A stretch of DNA of 64,000 nucleotides from NCBI RefSeq assembly GCF_009914755.1, contig NC_060932.1. The stretch is one strand, 5' to 3'. The notes beneath the pieces are model-generated. The model searched no databases. It saw nothing but the letters and a program-made list of their open reading frames with translations, and was not told where the DNA came from. This DNA comes from the human T2T-CHM13v2.0 reference genome, Homo sapiens. Shown here piece by piece: positions 36,683-52,117 of the stretch. Positions within the stretch are counted from its first letter, which is position 1; each line of letters starts with the position of its first letter. Made by a program: the position numbers and the translations under genes.

Positions 36683-39600
36683 CCTTAGGAAGGTGTGTGT
36701 GGTTATGCATGTGTGACTGTGAGTGCCTGTGTGGTTGTGGGATGTGTGACCATGTGACATTGTGTGTGTGTGAGGGAAAAAGGGAGACAGGAAAAGGCAC
36801 CGAGAATGGGCAGAGCAGAAAACTGAGGTGGCGGCCTGGCCAGGACCGGCCTCACCAGGAGCACCTGCTCCACTCAGCCGTGCCCCCGATCTTCCTGAAA
36901 ACCCTGCAGGGAGGAGCCAGGGCCTCCACAACAGCCGAGGACACTGAGGCAGAGCGAGGTGGGGCTGGCACCATGCTAAATCAGGGCGAGCCCGTGGGGC
37001 TCTGCAGCAGCGCCTGCCCTCAGACACACATCAAGGTTCGGTGAGTGCAAGGACAAGGCGACAGCGGTGGGGATGGCTGACAACGAACAGTGCCACGTGT
37101 GCCAGGCCCACTGATGCCACGCCGGCCACTGCTACCTTTACTTGCTCCTCATGCTCCTGGGGCACCGTAATGACCCCCCACCCACCATATGGGAGACTCA
37201 GGGAGTTCACAGCCACCCAAGCCACTCTGCAGTGAACGTGCAATTCAGCAAACCTGGCCAGGCTGCTGCTCCTGCAGCCCTCAGGAGCAGACCCATGGCG
37301 CCCTCAGCCCTGCCCCCAGATCCAGCTTCCCCTCAGCTTCACTCATGCTATGCCCACACACACCCCCTGACACAAATCCTCAGACCACCCTGCCTGCCCA
37401 GGCAGGTGCTCTCCCAGCTGACTCGTCCGGCCACTGGTCTTGGCCCAGTAGGTGTCACCACGTCTGGACAGGAGGATCTGACAGAGGTGGGGGCTGTGCC
37501 GGTCCCGATGCCTCGGGGCCTTCTGTGGCAGTGGGGCAGGAGGCACAGTTGCTGGGCCTGGATCAGAGCCCCTGCTGGGACAGGACTCTCAGGATGGGGG
37601 CTGCCCAGCTCACACCATAGCCAGGGACTCAGCCACAGGCCCCCTCCCTTGCTGTCCCCACCCCCGTCTCCCCAGCCCTCTGCGGGGAACATAATCAACG
37701 TCCTCTCCCAGGTCTGGGAAAGGCCCCGCAAAGCACGGGGTCCCAGCCAGCTTTGCGCCTCTGCTCATCAGGGCCCTCAGGCAGTGTGGACAGCTTTGCC
37801 AGGTCCTAGCCTCTGAGGGCACAGGGCCCTGCCTAGGTGTCGCCCTAGGCATGAGATCTGGGTGCAATGTGTGGAACTGACTGGGAATGGAAATCCAGGC
37901 TAGACCTGGGGTGCAGGCAACCTCTCTGCCTCATCTCTCCCCACTGGACCCTGCTGGCCTCCGCTGTGCCTAGGGACAGCACTGTCCACCAAGAGCAGCT
38001 GGCCATGCAGGCCAGGAGGCAAGGCACAGTGAAGGATCCTCCGTCAGCACTAAGCATGGAGGCACTAGGGGTACAGCTGCCACCCCAACCCATCCCACTC
38101 ACGTCCAGAGCTCTTGCCATGCCCCTCCCGTGTGTGTGGGCATCTGGGGACATGGGCTGCAGGGCAGCCTGGCTCACAGGACCTGCTCTGCCGGCTCCCC
38201 CAGCGCTCGGGGACTATAACCTCAGTCGCCCTGCAAAGAAGCTGTAGAGGCTGCAACTTGCTCATCTTCTGCCCTTTCCCAAACTGAAAGCTGCCTCACC
38301 ATGCCATGTAGCTCAGGGTGGGCACGTGCAGAGACCCCAGGCCAGAGGAAGCTCTGTGAGCGCTCCTGGGGAGGCCTCCCGGGGTAGCAGGGGGATCACC
38401 TCCCCTGGAGCAGTCACTGGCCCTGCCTGGCTTCCCAGCAGGTGCTGCTCCCAAAAACCGCCCAGGCTGGGTCCCGTTTATGCCCAGGGCCCAGCGAGGT
38501 GCCCCGCCTCCTGAGGCCCGAGAACCCTCTCTTGGCCAAGGTGGGGAGAGGACTGCGCCTTGGCCGCTGGAAGGAAGACCCCAGACACCACACAGGAGAC
38601 GGAGGGCTCCGCCCCGTCTCACATGCTTTTCTTTCCAGGAACACCCATGGGGGGCCCATGGTACCCACCCTACGCCAGGCACTGGGACTGGAGCAGATGG
38701 ACAGGTGACAACCAAATACAGACAGATGAACCCCGGCTGGACACCGAACCAGTGGATCTACAAACAAGCACTTCATTGCGTTTCTGGCAGAAGCCACCCC
38801 AGGCAGGTGCGAGGCTAGGAGGGCTGTATGCTGGTATGACTGCATCCAGGATGGGGCGACCTCACTAGTCCCCACAGTCTGCCGAGACGGCTGGTGACAA
38901 CAGGACCAACAGCCACAGCAACCTTAGAGGGACGTGGCATGAGGCTGGAGACAACAGGACCAACAGCCACAGCACCGGCCACCCCAGGAGGGATGCAGCA
39001 CGAGGCTAGGTGCTACTTCCTTTCTCCCATTTCCTCAGGCCCCTCGGCAGGGGCACGGCCACCCTCGTCTAAAGGGCACCTTGCCCAGGTCCTGCAGGTG
39101 GGATGGTGAGGCTGCCCTAGCCAGGTTCTCCTTCCCAAGCCAGCTTCTTCCTACACACCACCCTGACACGGGTAGAAGCTAGCAGAAGCCTTTAAATAAA
39201 TAAATATGTGGATAGATGAATATAAAATAAAAGATCTAAAAAATCTGTTGACAAGCGCAACTCGTCCAAGGTGGTAATTATCACCTCCCCTTCCTGGAGT
39301 GGGCGGGAGGAAGTGAGCAGTGCCTGGCGGTGGGAGCCCAGGGAGGCGCTGGCCTCGCGCCAAGCCCAGCAACCCCAACGCCTCCTTCCTACGGCTCCAG
39401 CCCCTAGGCTTCCGGGGCTCTTGCAGAAAGAGCCTGGGCTCAGGTTCCGGCCCAGCAGTGGTGCCGGCTGTGAGGCCCCAGGCATGCCACGCCCTTCTCT
39501 GGGCCTCACTGTCCTCATCTGTAGAATGGGAGCAGCGGCACTCACAGCCCCGTGGTCTATGCCCCTCAAGCTCCACCCACACGGTCTGACCCCTCATGTC

Positions 39601-41899
39601 TGCAGAGCACAGCAGCTGTGCACCTCACTCCACCAGGAACCCGAGCACGAGGCTCTCCTAAGGTGTGAGGGCTCAGGAACACTGCCCTTCACTTCCTGTG
39701 TGGGCCTGGGGAGGGTCCTCAGCTTCCCTGAGCCTCCAGCTTTCACTTCCAGGGGATGGAGCTGACCTCAGCACGTCCTAGTGTCGCCTGGAGAGCTCGA
39801 GCTGAGGCATGCAAGGCTGCAGCATACAGCAGAGATGCCATGAGATGCCACCTTCCGGACTCAGGTGGGAAACCAGGTTGAGCTGTGCTTTTCCCAACGC
39901 TGTGAGCTACGGGGCAGAGACGTTCCTCCCAGGGGGGACATGGCCATACACGCCCCTGGAGAGCGGCATGACGGTTGAGCACAGCCTCCTCCTGCCAGCG
40001 GTGACAGGCCCTACAACAGCCCCACTGACTGGGGTCCCGTGGCCTGGGTAAAGTCAAAGCCCCCAGGTAAACATAACAAACTTTTGAGGTAAGAGGTCCC
40101 CGGGGCAGCCCGGCTGGTGTGCCCGAGGACGGAGATGTAGGAGCCTGCCCTCGGCCCTGACAGCAAACAGCCACAGGCGAGGGGGCTGGAGGAAATGTGC
40201 TCCCTCCCACGATGAAATCCTCCAGGGCAGCTAATGCGGGCGAGTGAGATGGCCAGGTGGAGAAGGCACCACAGGACGTTCTGTGCGACGTTCCCTGGAC
40301 TTGGGGGTTTCAGTGACAGCTCCCCAGGAGCTGTGGGCAGAGGGTGCCAGGCACCCATGGAGACCTGCCTCGGATCTGTGCCTTGGGATTGATGCCACCT
40401 CCTGCATGTGGAGAAGGGGAAGCTCAGGAGGATAGGGGAGGGCGCAGGGGTGGGAGGGGGGTGCAAACGGGGTTCCGTGTGGACGCCCAGGAAAGCGGCC
40501 AGGCTGGGGTGCGGGCTGTGTGGACACCCAGGAAGGCAGTCACACTGGGATGCGAGCCGTGTGGACACCCAGGAAGGCGGCAGGGCTGGGGTGCGGGCCA
40601 GAGGAGACCCCGCAGGTGCTCGGTCTCCCTCACCTCCACAGCGGGAGGATCGGGGGCCTGGTGCCGCTCTCCCCAGCAGTGCAGGACAAAAGCCAGGGGA
40701 GGAAGAGATGGCTTAGACGCCCGGGTCCCTCCGCGGCCTCCTCCTGAAAGGCTCACAAAGCGCTCCTTTATTCTCCCCACAAAGGCCCAATTTGGGTCTT
40801 GAGCTCCGAGGCTGGGATTAGGGATTTGCTGGCAAGGTGCTGGGGCAAGCGCAGAGGGGACGGCCCTGTGATAGTTTTCCAGCTCAAGAGGCAGACAGAC
40901 AAAGGCGGCTTTCTCCTCCCCACAGGGCTCAGGGCCTGGGTCCCTGTTCCGACACGTAGGGAAGAGACATGCTCTAACGTGAGTGCTGGAGACAGGGCAC
41001 ACACGGTTTCCCGTGGGAAGAGACTCCGCTCTGCCAGGCATTCAGAAAGCAGGGACCCGAGGCCGGCGCTCAGGGCTCTCCAAGGCTCTGGGAAGGAGAC
41101 CACTTTCTCATGCACTCCGACCCGAGGGAGGGCAGGGGCCAGGGCAAGAGGCGCTCACACAGGGAGTGGTGGTGTCTTTTCAGGAGCCCCAGATAGCTCA
41201 CTGTTTCCTCCAAGCAGCAACAGACTCTATTTATTCACTGGTGGAGTCTCTGGAGGCAAAGCCCAGAACATCAGGACGGACACGGCTGTGGCAATGCTTC
41301 CCCCAGCCCCACGTTAAATCAAAGGGAAATGGACCCAGAGACAAGGGGCGACCTCCAGCCCTGTGCCTCAAACATGGAGGCGTGTCTAGGCAATTTCCAG
41401 CCAGCCCGTGAGAGTGAAGCAGGTCTTCACTTCTGCAGCCCGGCTGGGGACACACGAAGTCCTGGTGGAAATGTAGGCTGAGGTGGCCAGTGACGGCAGA
41501 GACAGAGCATGACCTGCCACTGGGGCCATTGCCCTGATGCTGCCCCAGGGACTGGGATGCTGCTCACTGGCTGAGCCCAAGCTGGGTCTGAGACTGACCC
41601 TCGACCCAGCTGAAAACTACGGACCACAGCCAGGATCGCCAACTCCACACAGGCTGAGCTGCTCACCCCACACCCAGGGGAGACAGGCAAGAGACGGGGA
41701 AGGCAGCAAGTGCCCCTCGCACCTGCCAGGGCTGCCCGGCCTGTGAGTAGCAGCCCCCCAGTCCCCCCACATCAGCCTAGCATCAACTTGGCAACAGTCC
41801 TTTTGTTGAACAGGGTTGCATATCATCTCATCATTTATAGTTTGCAAATTCCTAGAAATAATCTAACCTTCCATGATTTCTCAGAAGCACTACTGGCCA

Positions 41900-44800
41900 C
41901 TCCCCACCTTTTTAAAAGAAAATTCTACCGAAAGGCAATACATCTGTGTTTCAATGCCAGGTGCAAAGGATATAGCTCTATGACTGCTCACAAAGGAAAC
42001 ACATCCCAGCCAAGACACAGGACACTGGTCAGGACCCCCGGGGCCTCCCTCCAGCACCTGTCATCCCAGGCCCCCAACAGAGGAGAACCCAGTTCCAACT
42101 TCTAACACTGTCCACCAGTGGGGCCTGGTTCTGAATACTACAGAAATGGAATCCCACAGTCTATCCCCTTGGGTCTCAGGCTTCTTGGACTCAGCGTTAT
42201 GTCCGAGGCATCACTGGTGGGGCCACTGATCATACAGTAGCCACAGCTCACTCTTTTGGCTGCTGTAGAGTCCCCAGTGGCATGAATTCAGCTTGGACTC
42301 AGCGTTATGTCCGAGACATCACCAGTGGGCGTGGTGGCCACAGCTCACTCTTTTGGCTGCTGTGGAGTCCCCCGTGGCATGAATTCAGCAGGTGCTGCTT
42401 TTCTGTGCTGGTCAGACTGGGCGGTGTTCCAGGTTGTGTCACTGCGTGGGGGCTGCTATGAGCATTCTCCCATGTGACTTCTGTCAACACACAGTTGTCC
42501 TGTCTCCACGGGGGAGTGGCCGAGGACTTCCACAGATACCAGAATCTGTGGGTGCGCAAGTCCCTGATATAAAATGACTTGGTATTTTCATACAACCTAC
42601 GCACATCCTCCCATATATTTAAATCACCTCTAGGTTGCCTATAATATTTAATATGATGTAAATGCTATGTAGTAAATAGCATAGTTGTTCTGCCGTATTG
42701 TTTTGGAAATGATGACAAGAAAAGAAGAGGCTGTCCATGTTCAGAACAGCTGCCATCTTTTAAAAATATTTTCAGTCTGAGTGGTGGAATCCATGGATGT
42801 GAAACTCATGGATACGAAGGGCCAACTGAATATGCATGTCTGTTGGGCAGAACTGCAAGATCCTAGGTCAGAAAATGCTGAACTTGATATTCTCGAACAG
42901 TGTTCCAAAGTGGTGATGCAAAGGCACACCCCACCAGTAAAGGCATGAGAGTGCAACCGCCTGCACGCAGCCCACGCCCGGCTTTTGCAGAGGTTTTCAC
43001 TCATGTTTGCTCTAGTTATTTGTGTGGGTGTGGTGTGTGGTGATTTACCATCATGGGTTTCTTTGCCATTTTTCTGATAACTCGTGTTGCCAAGTACACA
43101 ATCACAGGCTTATGAGCCAACCGGAATCCTCTTCTGTGAGGTGCCTGTGGAAAGCTGCTGTCCTTTCATTGTTTTTCAATAGAGTTGTCTGCCCTTTCCT
43201 TGTTGATTTGTAAGATATCTTTATATATTAAGGATGTAAGTCCTTTTCACACGTGTTGTGCAAACGCCCTGTCTTGTGCTGTGGGCTGCACTCTCTTCCT
43301 GGGGTATAATTTTAACAAAGTGTGTCGACCTTCTCCTTTGCGGTTGGCACTTGTGCGTCTGTGTAAGAAATACTTGTCCACCGTGAAGGCGTCGGGGAGC
43401 CTCCCATGGTGCCTTCTGGATGTGCTACTGCCTTATCTTTCGCACGTGGGTCTGTAGTCCGGCTGGAAGTGCTTTCTGCACAGGGTGAGCTGACGTTTGC
43501 AAAGGGTCCTTTTTTTCCAGTTCAAACATCCGAGTGATCCGTATCAAGCTCTGAATGAATCACCCACCTCCCGTGGCAGGGCAGTCCACCTCGGCCACAA
43601 ACCCAGCCGCCACGTACGTGTGGTCCGTGTCCAGTCTCCACCCTGTCCCATGCGTTGGTGTGTCCATAGGCTGGTGTGTCCACGGCTTGGTGTGTCCGTG
43701 GGCTGGTGTGTCCACGGGCTGGTGTGTCTAGCCTCACACAAACACCACACTGTTTTCATTTCTGTGCTTTATAGTGTGTTCCAATACCTGATAGTATAAA
43801 TCCCTTTCGTTCTTCTTCAAAATTGCCTTTGCTATCTTGGGTCTTTCATATTTCCATATACATTTTGGAATCAGCTTGACAGTTCACACACACACACACT
43901 GAAAACCTGCTGGAACCTTATTGGGATTGTATTGAGCCTACAGATTCACTGGGTGAGAGCTGACATCTCCATACACACGGTATCCCCTCCATGGTTTAGA
44001 TCATCCACTGGGTGAGAGCTGACATCTCCATAAGCACAGCAACCCCTCCGTGGTTTAGGTCATCTGTCATTTCTCTTAGTAATGTGGCATGTTTTTTAAT
44101 GTAGAGGCCTTAAACCGCTCTTCATAGAATTTTTTGAAGAAATTTATCTATTGTAATAAATTTATTATATCAGTCTTTAAATTTCCTCTCCAAACTGTCT
44201 TTTGCCAGCATACACAATGTCTTCTTGTCTAGTGACCTGTCCTGCCGCATTCACTGATGAATTCTGACAGCACGCTACAGGTGCGTTCGGATTTTCCATG
44301 GACATAATCACACTGTCTATGAAACACAGTTTCTTCTCAATCCTACTCTTTTTGTTCATGCCATACTGCGTTGGATACAACTTCTGGCACAATGGGGAAC
44401 AGAAACCACAGTACTAGATGCCCTAGTTTTATCTTCTATCTTAGGAGAAAAGACTTTAACATCCCTCAGTAAGCCTAACGTTAACTGTAGGGTTTTTGAA
44501 GATACCTTCTGGCAGATTAAAGGCACTCCTATCTATTCCTAGTTTGCCAAGAGTTTTTTAGCCTCCTTGAGTGCTGAATTTTATCGAGTGCTTTTTTCTA
44601 TCTGTTGAAATGACCTGTACACATTTCCTCACTTATTCTATATTACATGGTGAATCACACACAGACTCTGAATGCAAATCAATCCTGCATCCCTACAATA
44701 AAGCCCACTTTATAATGATGGATCATCCTTTCACAGATTGCTAGATTGAAGTTACTAATATTTAGGACTTTTGTGTCTATGTTCATAACAGAGACAGGCA

Positions 44801-45930
44801 TGTTATTTTCCTTCCTGGGAACCTCGTAAGAATCTGGAATCAAGGTACTGGGGCCTCATGAGGCAGGCAAGGTGTGCTTCCTCCTGCCGTATTCTCTGTA
44901 ACAGCATGTGTAAACTGCTGCTAGCTACTGCTCAAATATGGGACTGAATTCACCCATACAGCTATTGAGGTCTAGAGTTTTCTTTGTGGGATATTTTTAA
45001 ATTATGGATTTAATTTTTTAATAAATATTAAACTCCCAGATTTTCTGTACCTCTTGGTAAATTGTTTTCTAAAAAAAAAGTCTCCTCTAAGTTGTCAAAT
45101 TTATTGATGTTTATAACATCCCTGCGTTTTTCTTATGTGTAGGACTGGTAATGATCTATCCATTTTCATTCTGACAACTGGTAATCTGTATTTTCTTTTT
45201 CTATCTTGATTAATCTTGTAGGGGTTTAACAACCCTTTCAAAGAGCCAATTATTTTGGCTTTGCTAACTTGCCTACTGAACGTGTTTTATATTTCGTTAA
45301 TTTCTGCCTTAGTAATTGCATATATTACTACATAACACTTACTCAGTCTGCCCTCGATGTGTATGTTACTTCTCTGATGATGCGAGGACGTCATGACACT
45401 TTAACACTATTTGCCTCCCCTCTGTCTTCTGGGCCATTTTGTCAATAGCACACACCTGACCATAATCTGAAGCCCGCCAGTCCTCATCATCACCGTTCCA
45501 CCGTCGACGTTAACCTGGGCGCAGCCACATCAACTGTTTCCATTGTCCCTTACTCCCTCCTCCGGGACACGCTTCCCTCTGAGATCACTCCTTTTCCACG
45601 TGGAGGGGGTTCTGTTGATGAGGAGTTCTCTCATTTTTGTGCCTCTAAAACTGTTTTCACTTCACCTTTATTTCTGAAGCATGTCTTCCCCAAGGTGCAG
45701 CTGGAGATTAGTTATTTTTCTCATGCGTTTTGAAGGCACATTTCCACTGTCTTCTGGATTCCATCGTTTCTTCTAAGAAAGTCAGGTGTCAGTCTTGTCC
45801 CTTTAAAAATCATGTGACTTTTTTCTCTGACTTTAATGTGCTCTTAACATTTTTTTTCTAGTTTGAATCTGCTTTTCTAAGATTTTATTTTTGCCTTTGG
45901 TTTTCAAATTTTTATCATGCTATGACCAAG
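41900..45930 (-). mobile_element. Old, fragmented L1 (L1M) region, interrupted by MER2
   Basis: Antisense L1 phrases: gggtctttcatatttccatatacattttggaatcagcttg, tctattcctagtttgccaagagttt, ggactgaattcaccc, tttattcttgaag-like; AT-rich block. Confidence 0.75.
42492..42828 (+). mobile_element. MER2 DNA transposon (TcMar-Tigger MITE)
   Basis: Matches the MER2 consensus as recalled: caagtccctgatataaaatg...aacctacgcacatcctcccatatatttaaatcacctctag...atggatacgaagggccaactg; cagttg...caactg termini. Confidence 0.88.
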
Positions 45931-45934
45931 GGTG

Positions 45935-46381
<447 letters not shown>

Positions 46382-46384
46382 TAG

Positions 46385-46687
<303 letters not shown>

Positions 46688-47080
46688 AAGGGTGGTTTTT
46701 TAAAAGGAGAAATTTATCTATTCATAGAGCTTCTTGAATCTGTGACTTGAAGTATTTGGACAGTTTTGGAAAACTCTCAATCGTTACCTCTTCAAATATT
46801 ATTTCTATCCATTTTCTCTCTCTCCTGTTCATCTAGGACTCTATATTCTTTAGATTTTCTATCATTTTTTCTTTTGCATTTCAATATAAGTTTTCTTATA
46901 CCCAGCCTTCTAATTCACCAATCCTTTTTTCTGCTTTGTCTATGTGGAGATTTAGCTAACCCACTAAATTCTTAATTTTAATTATATTGTTCAATACCAG
47001 AACTCCCTTTTTAAAATAAAATGTAAGTTCTCTGGTAAAAGTCTATACCATTTACTATTTCCTTTCACATGTTAATAACA

Positions 47081-47336
47081 CAGATTGAATATCCCTCATC
47101 CAGAATGCTTGGGACCAGAAGTGTTTCAGATTTTGAACTTGTTTTCAGATTTTGGATTTTATTTTCAGATTTTGGAATATCTGCATTGTACTTATTGGAT
47201 GAACATTCCTCATCAAAAATCCAAAAACCTAAATGTTCCAATGAGCATTTCCTTTGTGCGTCAGGTTGGCTCAACAAGTTTCAGATTTTGGAGCATTTTG
47301 GATTTTGGAGTTTTAACTTAGGGATGCTCAACCTAT
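47081..47336. mobile_element. Tigger4a/Zombi (MER46-type) DNA transposon
   Basis: Terminal inverted repeats cagattgaatatccct...agggatgctcaacct; internal aatgcttgggaccagaagtgtttcagatttt and ccaatgagcatttcctttg. Confidence 0.85.
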
Positions 47337-48069
47337 AAGCTGAGTGTCCAACCAACTATTTGAATATCTGCATCACCTGTTGGTCAGTTTCTACTTCCTG
47401 TTTTTCCTTGGCTTTAGTAATTGGATCCTGTTACCTATGATGCCTGATGACTTTGGCTTAAATCCCAAACACTGTATGAAAAATTGCAGAGATTCTAGAT
47501 GATGGGATTGTCCTCTGTCTTTGGAGAGACAACATAGACATGATTCCAGGCTATACTTTAGGTTTGGTTGGTCAGGGCTGGTCTACTTCTGGTTTACCTT
47601 CATCTCTCATGGTCTCAAGCAGAACTTGTGTTTACAAGAGTCCCTCCTCCTGGGTGGGCCTTAAAATCCAACTTTCGTCTTCTTAGTACTCTGAGGGTAC
47701 TCCAATTTCTGTTCAGCTTTTCCTGTAAAGTACTTGTTGCTTGACTTCTTAGACTCTCACATCACGCACACACCAGCGAATATGGATCAGCAAAAGCCTG
47801 CCTCAAGGGGAAAACGGACCGAGTGCTGCAATCCCCTTGTGCTCTAGGGTTTTATTCCTAAGGGTCCTGAACTCTAATTTTTGCCTCTCCAGCCCAGTAA
47901 GACCACTAAAGCTATAAGCCACCACTGCTGTTCAGTCTCGATAAGCTGAGACACAAGCTGGCAAATGTCCTGGGGGTGAGAAGGCAGTGATGATGAGCCT
48001 GAGTGATCTGGGAACGCGTGCCTCTCTAGGCTTGGCTCCCAGCTGCTCCGATGTTTCCCCCATGTTGGA

Positions 48070-48860
48070 TCCATGTGTGTCTGCATGTCTGCATCTATCT
48101 GTGTGTCTCTGGGTGTCTATCTGCATGTGTCTACATGTCTGTGTTTATCTGCATGTGTCTGTGTGTCTGTGTTTATCTGCATCTCTTCATGTCTGCGTGA
48201 CTGTTTATCCGTGTGTCTGCATTTATCCGCATGTGTGTCTGCATGTCTATCTGTGTCTCTGTGTGTTTATCTGCATGTCTACATGTCTGTGTTTATCTGC
48301 ACGTGTCTGCGTGTCTGTGTTTATCTGCATGTGTCTAGATGTCTGTGTTTATCTGCATTGGTCTGCATGTCTGTTTATCTGCATGTGTCTGTGTTTATCT
48401 GTGTCTGCATGTCTGTGTCTCTGTGTGTTTATCTGTGTGTCTCTACATGTCTCTTTATCTGTATGTGTCTGCATGTCTATGTGTCTGCGTGTCTGTGTTT
48501 ATGTGTCTGTGTGTTTATCTGCATGTTGTCTACATGTCTGTTTATCTGCATGTGTTTGCATGTCTGTGTTTATCTGTGTCTCTGTGTGTTTATCTGCATG
48601 TGTCTACATGTCTGTGTTTATCTGCATGGGTCTGCATGTCTGTTTATCTGCATGTGTCTGCGCATCTGTGTTTATCTGCATGTGTCTCTATGTGTGTTTA
48701 TCTGTATGTCTCTGTGTATCTGTGTGTCTCTAGCTCTGTCTCTGCAAGTCTCTGTGTGTCTGTGTCTCTGTGTGTTTATCTCTGTGCATCTGTGTTTATC
48801 TGTGTGTCTGCATGTCTGTGTGCATCTATGTGTGCATTTTTCTGTATGCATGTGCCTGTG
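48070..48860 (+). repeat. Low-complexity (TG/TC/ATCTGC)n repeat
   Basis: gtgtttatctgcatgtgtct units. Confidence 0.92.
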
Positions 48861-49171
48861 TTTTTTGTTTTTGTTTTTGTTTTTGAGACAGAATCTCACT
48901 CTGTCGCCCAGGCTGGAATGCAGTGGCGTGATCTCGGCTCACTGGAACCTCGGCCCTGCCTCCTGGATTCAAGCAATTCTCCTGCCTCAGCCTCCCATGT
49001 AGCTGGGATGACAGGTGCTCGCCACCACGCCTAGCTAATTTTTGTATTTTTAGTAGAGATGGGTTGTCTCCATGTTGGCCAGGCTGATCTTGAACCCCTG
49101 ACCTCAGGTGATCCGCCCACCTCGGCCTCCCACAGTGCTGGGACTCCAGGCGTGAGCCACCGCGCCCGGCC
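48860..49171 (-). mobile_element. Alu (AluS-like)
   Basis: (TTTTTG)n tail, gagacagaatctcactctgtcgcccaggctgg...gtgagccaccgcgcccggcc. Confidence 0.95.
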
Positions 49172-49476
49172 ACGTGTGTGTGTGTGTTTTCACCCAGGTT
49201 TCACAGTGGCTCTCAGCAGGAGAGCTGGTCTGACCTGTGAGTCCTGCCCAGCACATGGCACCGTCCGCAGTCATTCTTTGGGAGCTGAGCCCTTGTCAGG
49301 CACTGTGCCAGGGCCCAAAGGTCAAAATGCCCACGTTTTCAAGGCTGTGCCTCAGGGCGCCCCTCAGATGACACCCCTGCCCTTGGCCCTCCCCGCCCTT
49401 CCATGGAGCACAGATGGCAGCGGATTCTGGGCTGTCCCCTAACAGCCACTGACCATGGTCAGTACTCGGCACCCAC

Positions 49477-49533
49477 CTGTTTACTGCCCCTCTGCGCCAT
49501 GGGAAGCAGCGCTCTGGACTTTTCTGCAATTTT
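49477..49533 (-). CDS. TSNARE1: TSNARE1 coding exon (KIAEKSRALLPMAQRGSKQ)
   Basis: Within ORF 49459..49824(-). Strong polypyrimidine tract ttcttctcttgtccttttttcaacag|AAA, donor CAG|gtgggt. 57 nt, phase 0-0. Confidence 0.93.
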
Positions 49534-49646
49534 CTGTTGAAAAAAGGACAAGAGAAGAAAGACAGGAAGAGCAAAAAGGGTGGGGAAGGGAGAAGAAATG
49601 GTCAGCTGAGTGCAGGGCTCTGGACGACGGTGCAGCAAAACACGCC

Positions 49647-49790
49647 TGCCACTCCCAGAAGAGGCTGCCGGGGCCGGGGCTGAGCTCTGCCAGCGACTCG
49701 CTGGATGGCCTCTGTCCATGCCACTCCCAGAAGAGGCTGCCAGGGCCGGGGCTGAGCTCTGCCAGCGAGTCGCTGGATGGCCTCTGTCCA
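49647..49790 (+). repeat. 72-bp tandem duplication between two TSNARE1 exons
   Basis: tgccactcccagaagaggctgcc...ggcctctgtcca at 49647 and 49719. Confidence 0.92.
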
Positions 49791-49945
49791 CGCGTGGGAG
49801 CTCTCTGGGCCCCAGTTTCCTCACCTGTCAGAGCAGGGTGAGACTTGTTCTTCCTGCTTCCCCAGAGCTACTGTGGGTCAGCTCTTGAAGGTAAATGTCC
49901 TCTAGGACACATGCCCTGAGGCACAGTCTGGATCCTGGCTGCCTA

Positions 49946-50326
<381 letters not shown>

Positions 50327-51589
50327 TCACCGTCGTCTCCACAGGCACACCCAGGGTCCCCAGGGACACCATCACCACAAAATCCGGTGCAGGGGTCAAC
50401 ACCACCTGCCGGAGCCAGGAGCTACCCAAGGCACATAAACCCGGCCCCACACCACCTCCGCGAGCAGCACTGTGACTCCTCTTCCACAGCGCAGGACGTC
50501 GTGGCCCTGAGTCCCGAGTGACTTGTCTGTGGTCACATAGGTGGTGGGGCCACTGCCAGAACCATCCCCCTCCCCAGCATCTCGCCTGTATCTGGGCTCC
50601 CCGTGGCCTCCAGGGTCCACCAACCCCAGTTCCTTCCTGCTGGGATGTTCGCCACCACACCTCAGTGCCCACCAGGCACCTGCTTCAGAGCTGGAGCTGG
50701 AGCTGGAGAAGCACGGAGCCGGGGTGGGGCTGGACACGCACGGAGCCGGGGTGGGGCTGGACACGCAGCCCTGGGGCCCGCCTCATTGCTCTGGCTCACC
50801 GTGGACACCACCCACCAGCAGCAGCACCAAGGAGCCCACAGCTTCCTCCCAGCACCCACCCCATGGCTATCGGAGGATTGGAGAGAGCCAAGGCTAAGGC
50901 GGGCTGGTCTGGGGTAAACCTCTGACAGCCGAGGGGCACTGGGAGCAGCCTACCACAGCCTTGACCTCTTCCCACAATCGAAGGCACTACATCTCATCAA
51001 AGCGTCCACGGCCCACAGAGTCAAAGACGTGGTAGGCACTGACCGTGCACCCACCAAGCCGCGTGAAGGAGCCATTCGCTTCACGAGGAAACTGCCTGCA
51101 CGGACCACCCAACTCTGCTCTCACCCCACAGAAACGCCTCTCAGAATCGCAACCCTCCACCATGTGGGGCCTTGCTCAGCACCTCACGTAAGCGCAGCGC
51201 CTCCCGTAAGAGGGACCCAGCATGTATTCTTGGATGAAGGAGTAAATGAATAAGTGACTCAGGCACACCTGAGTCAGAGAATGGAGAACAAAGCTACAGA
51301 GGAAGAGGTCAGACACAGGCGTCGATGCTGGTCATGACGCTGCTGACATCACTGCCCGAGGGCACAGGCCAGGGCAGCACCTGGTCCCCACAGAGTGGTC
51401 CCCGCAGGGCAGCCATGGCTATGAGGAGTGACCCATGCATGGAAAGGCTCCAGGCCGCTCAGCACAAAGCTCCCAGTGTTCCTGTCATCTGCCTTTAGGG
51501 AGACTCTGGCCACCCCATCACTGGACAGGGGACTGCTGCCTCTGTTACAGTTTTTTAGTGTAACTAACTTTTGAACTGACTCTACTTTT

Positions 51590-51900
51590 TTAAGTACAAG
51601 TTTTATTACTGTCTAATTTAGATCTGATAAAATCTACCCGCTTTAAGTGTAGAGTTCAGTAACTCTTAGTTGTACAGCCATCCCCACAACCCAGTTTTAG
51701 AACATGCCCATCACCCCAGAAAGGGCCCTGCGCCTTGCCTGCAGGCACCCCAAAACCAAGCCCTGCTCCCAACCCTGACAACTGCTCATCGACTTCTGGT
51801 CTCCACAGATTGCATTTTCTGGATGTTTCACACAAACAGAACCATACACTGTGCGTTTTCTTGCGTGGGGGCATGCAGTCTTCCAGCCTCACCACATTGT
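51590..51900 (-). mobile_element. L1M 3'-end fragment
   Basis: ctttaagtgtagagttcagt...gttgtacagccatccccacaacccagttttagaacat...ttgcattttctggatgtttca. Confidence 0.65.
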
Positions 51901-52117
51901 GGCCTGCCTAACTCTCCGCTCCTCACTGCTGACCACACCCAACACGGCACTGGCCACGTCACATGTATTTTCCACAGGGAGGGCGGCATGCATTTCCCCT
52001 GTAGGACTGGCTGAGCCACGCTGCTGGCTCTGCAGCAGGCCGAACTTGCAACCCCAGCCCTCCCAAGGCAGTGAGAGCAACTATGGGCAGCACCTACGGC
52101 AGGGACAGATTGGCGTC

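Noticed and set aside
47987-49034. Cys/Val-rich 230-310-aa ORFs
   Set aside because: Translations of a (TG/TC)-type simple repeat and an Alu.
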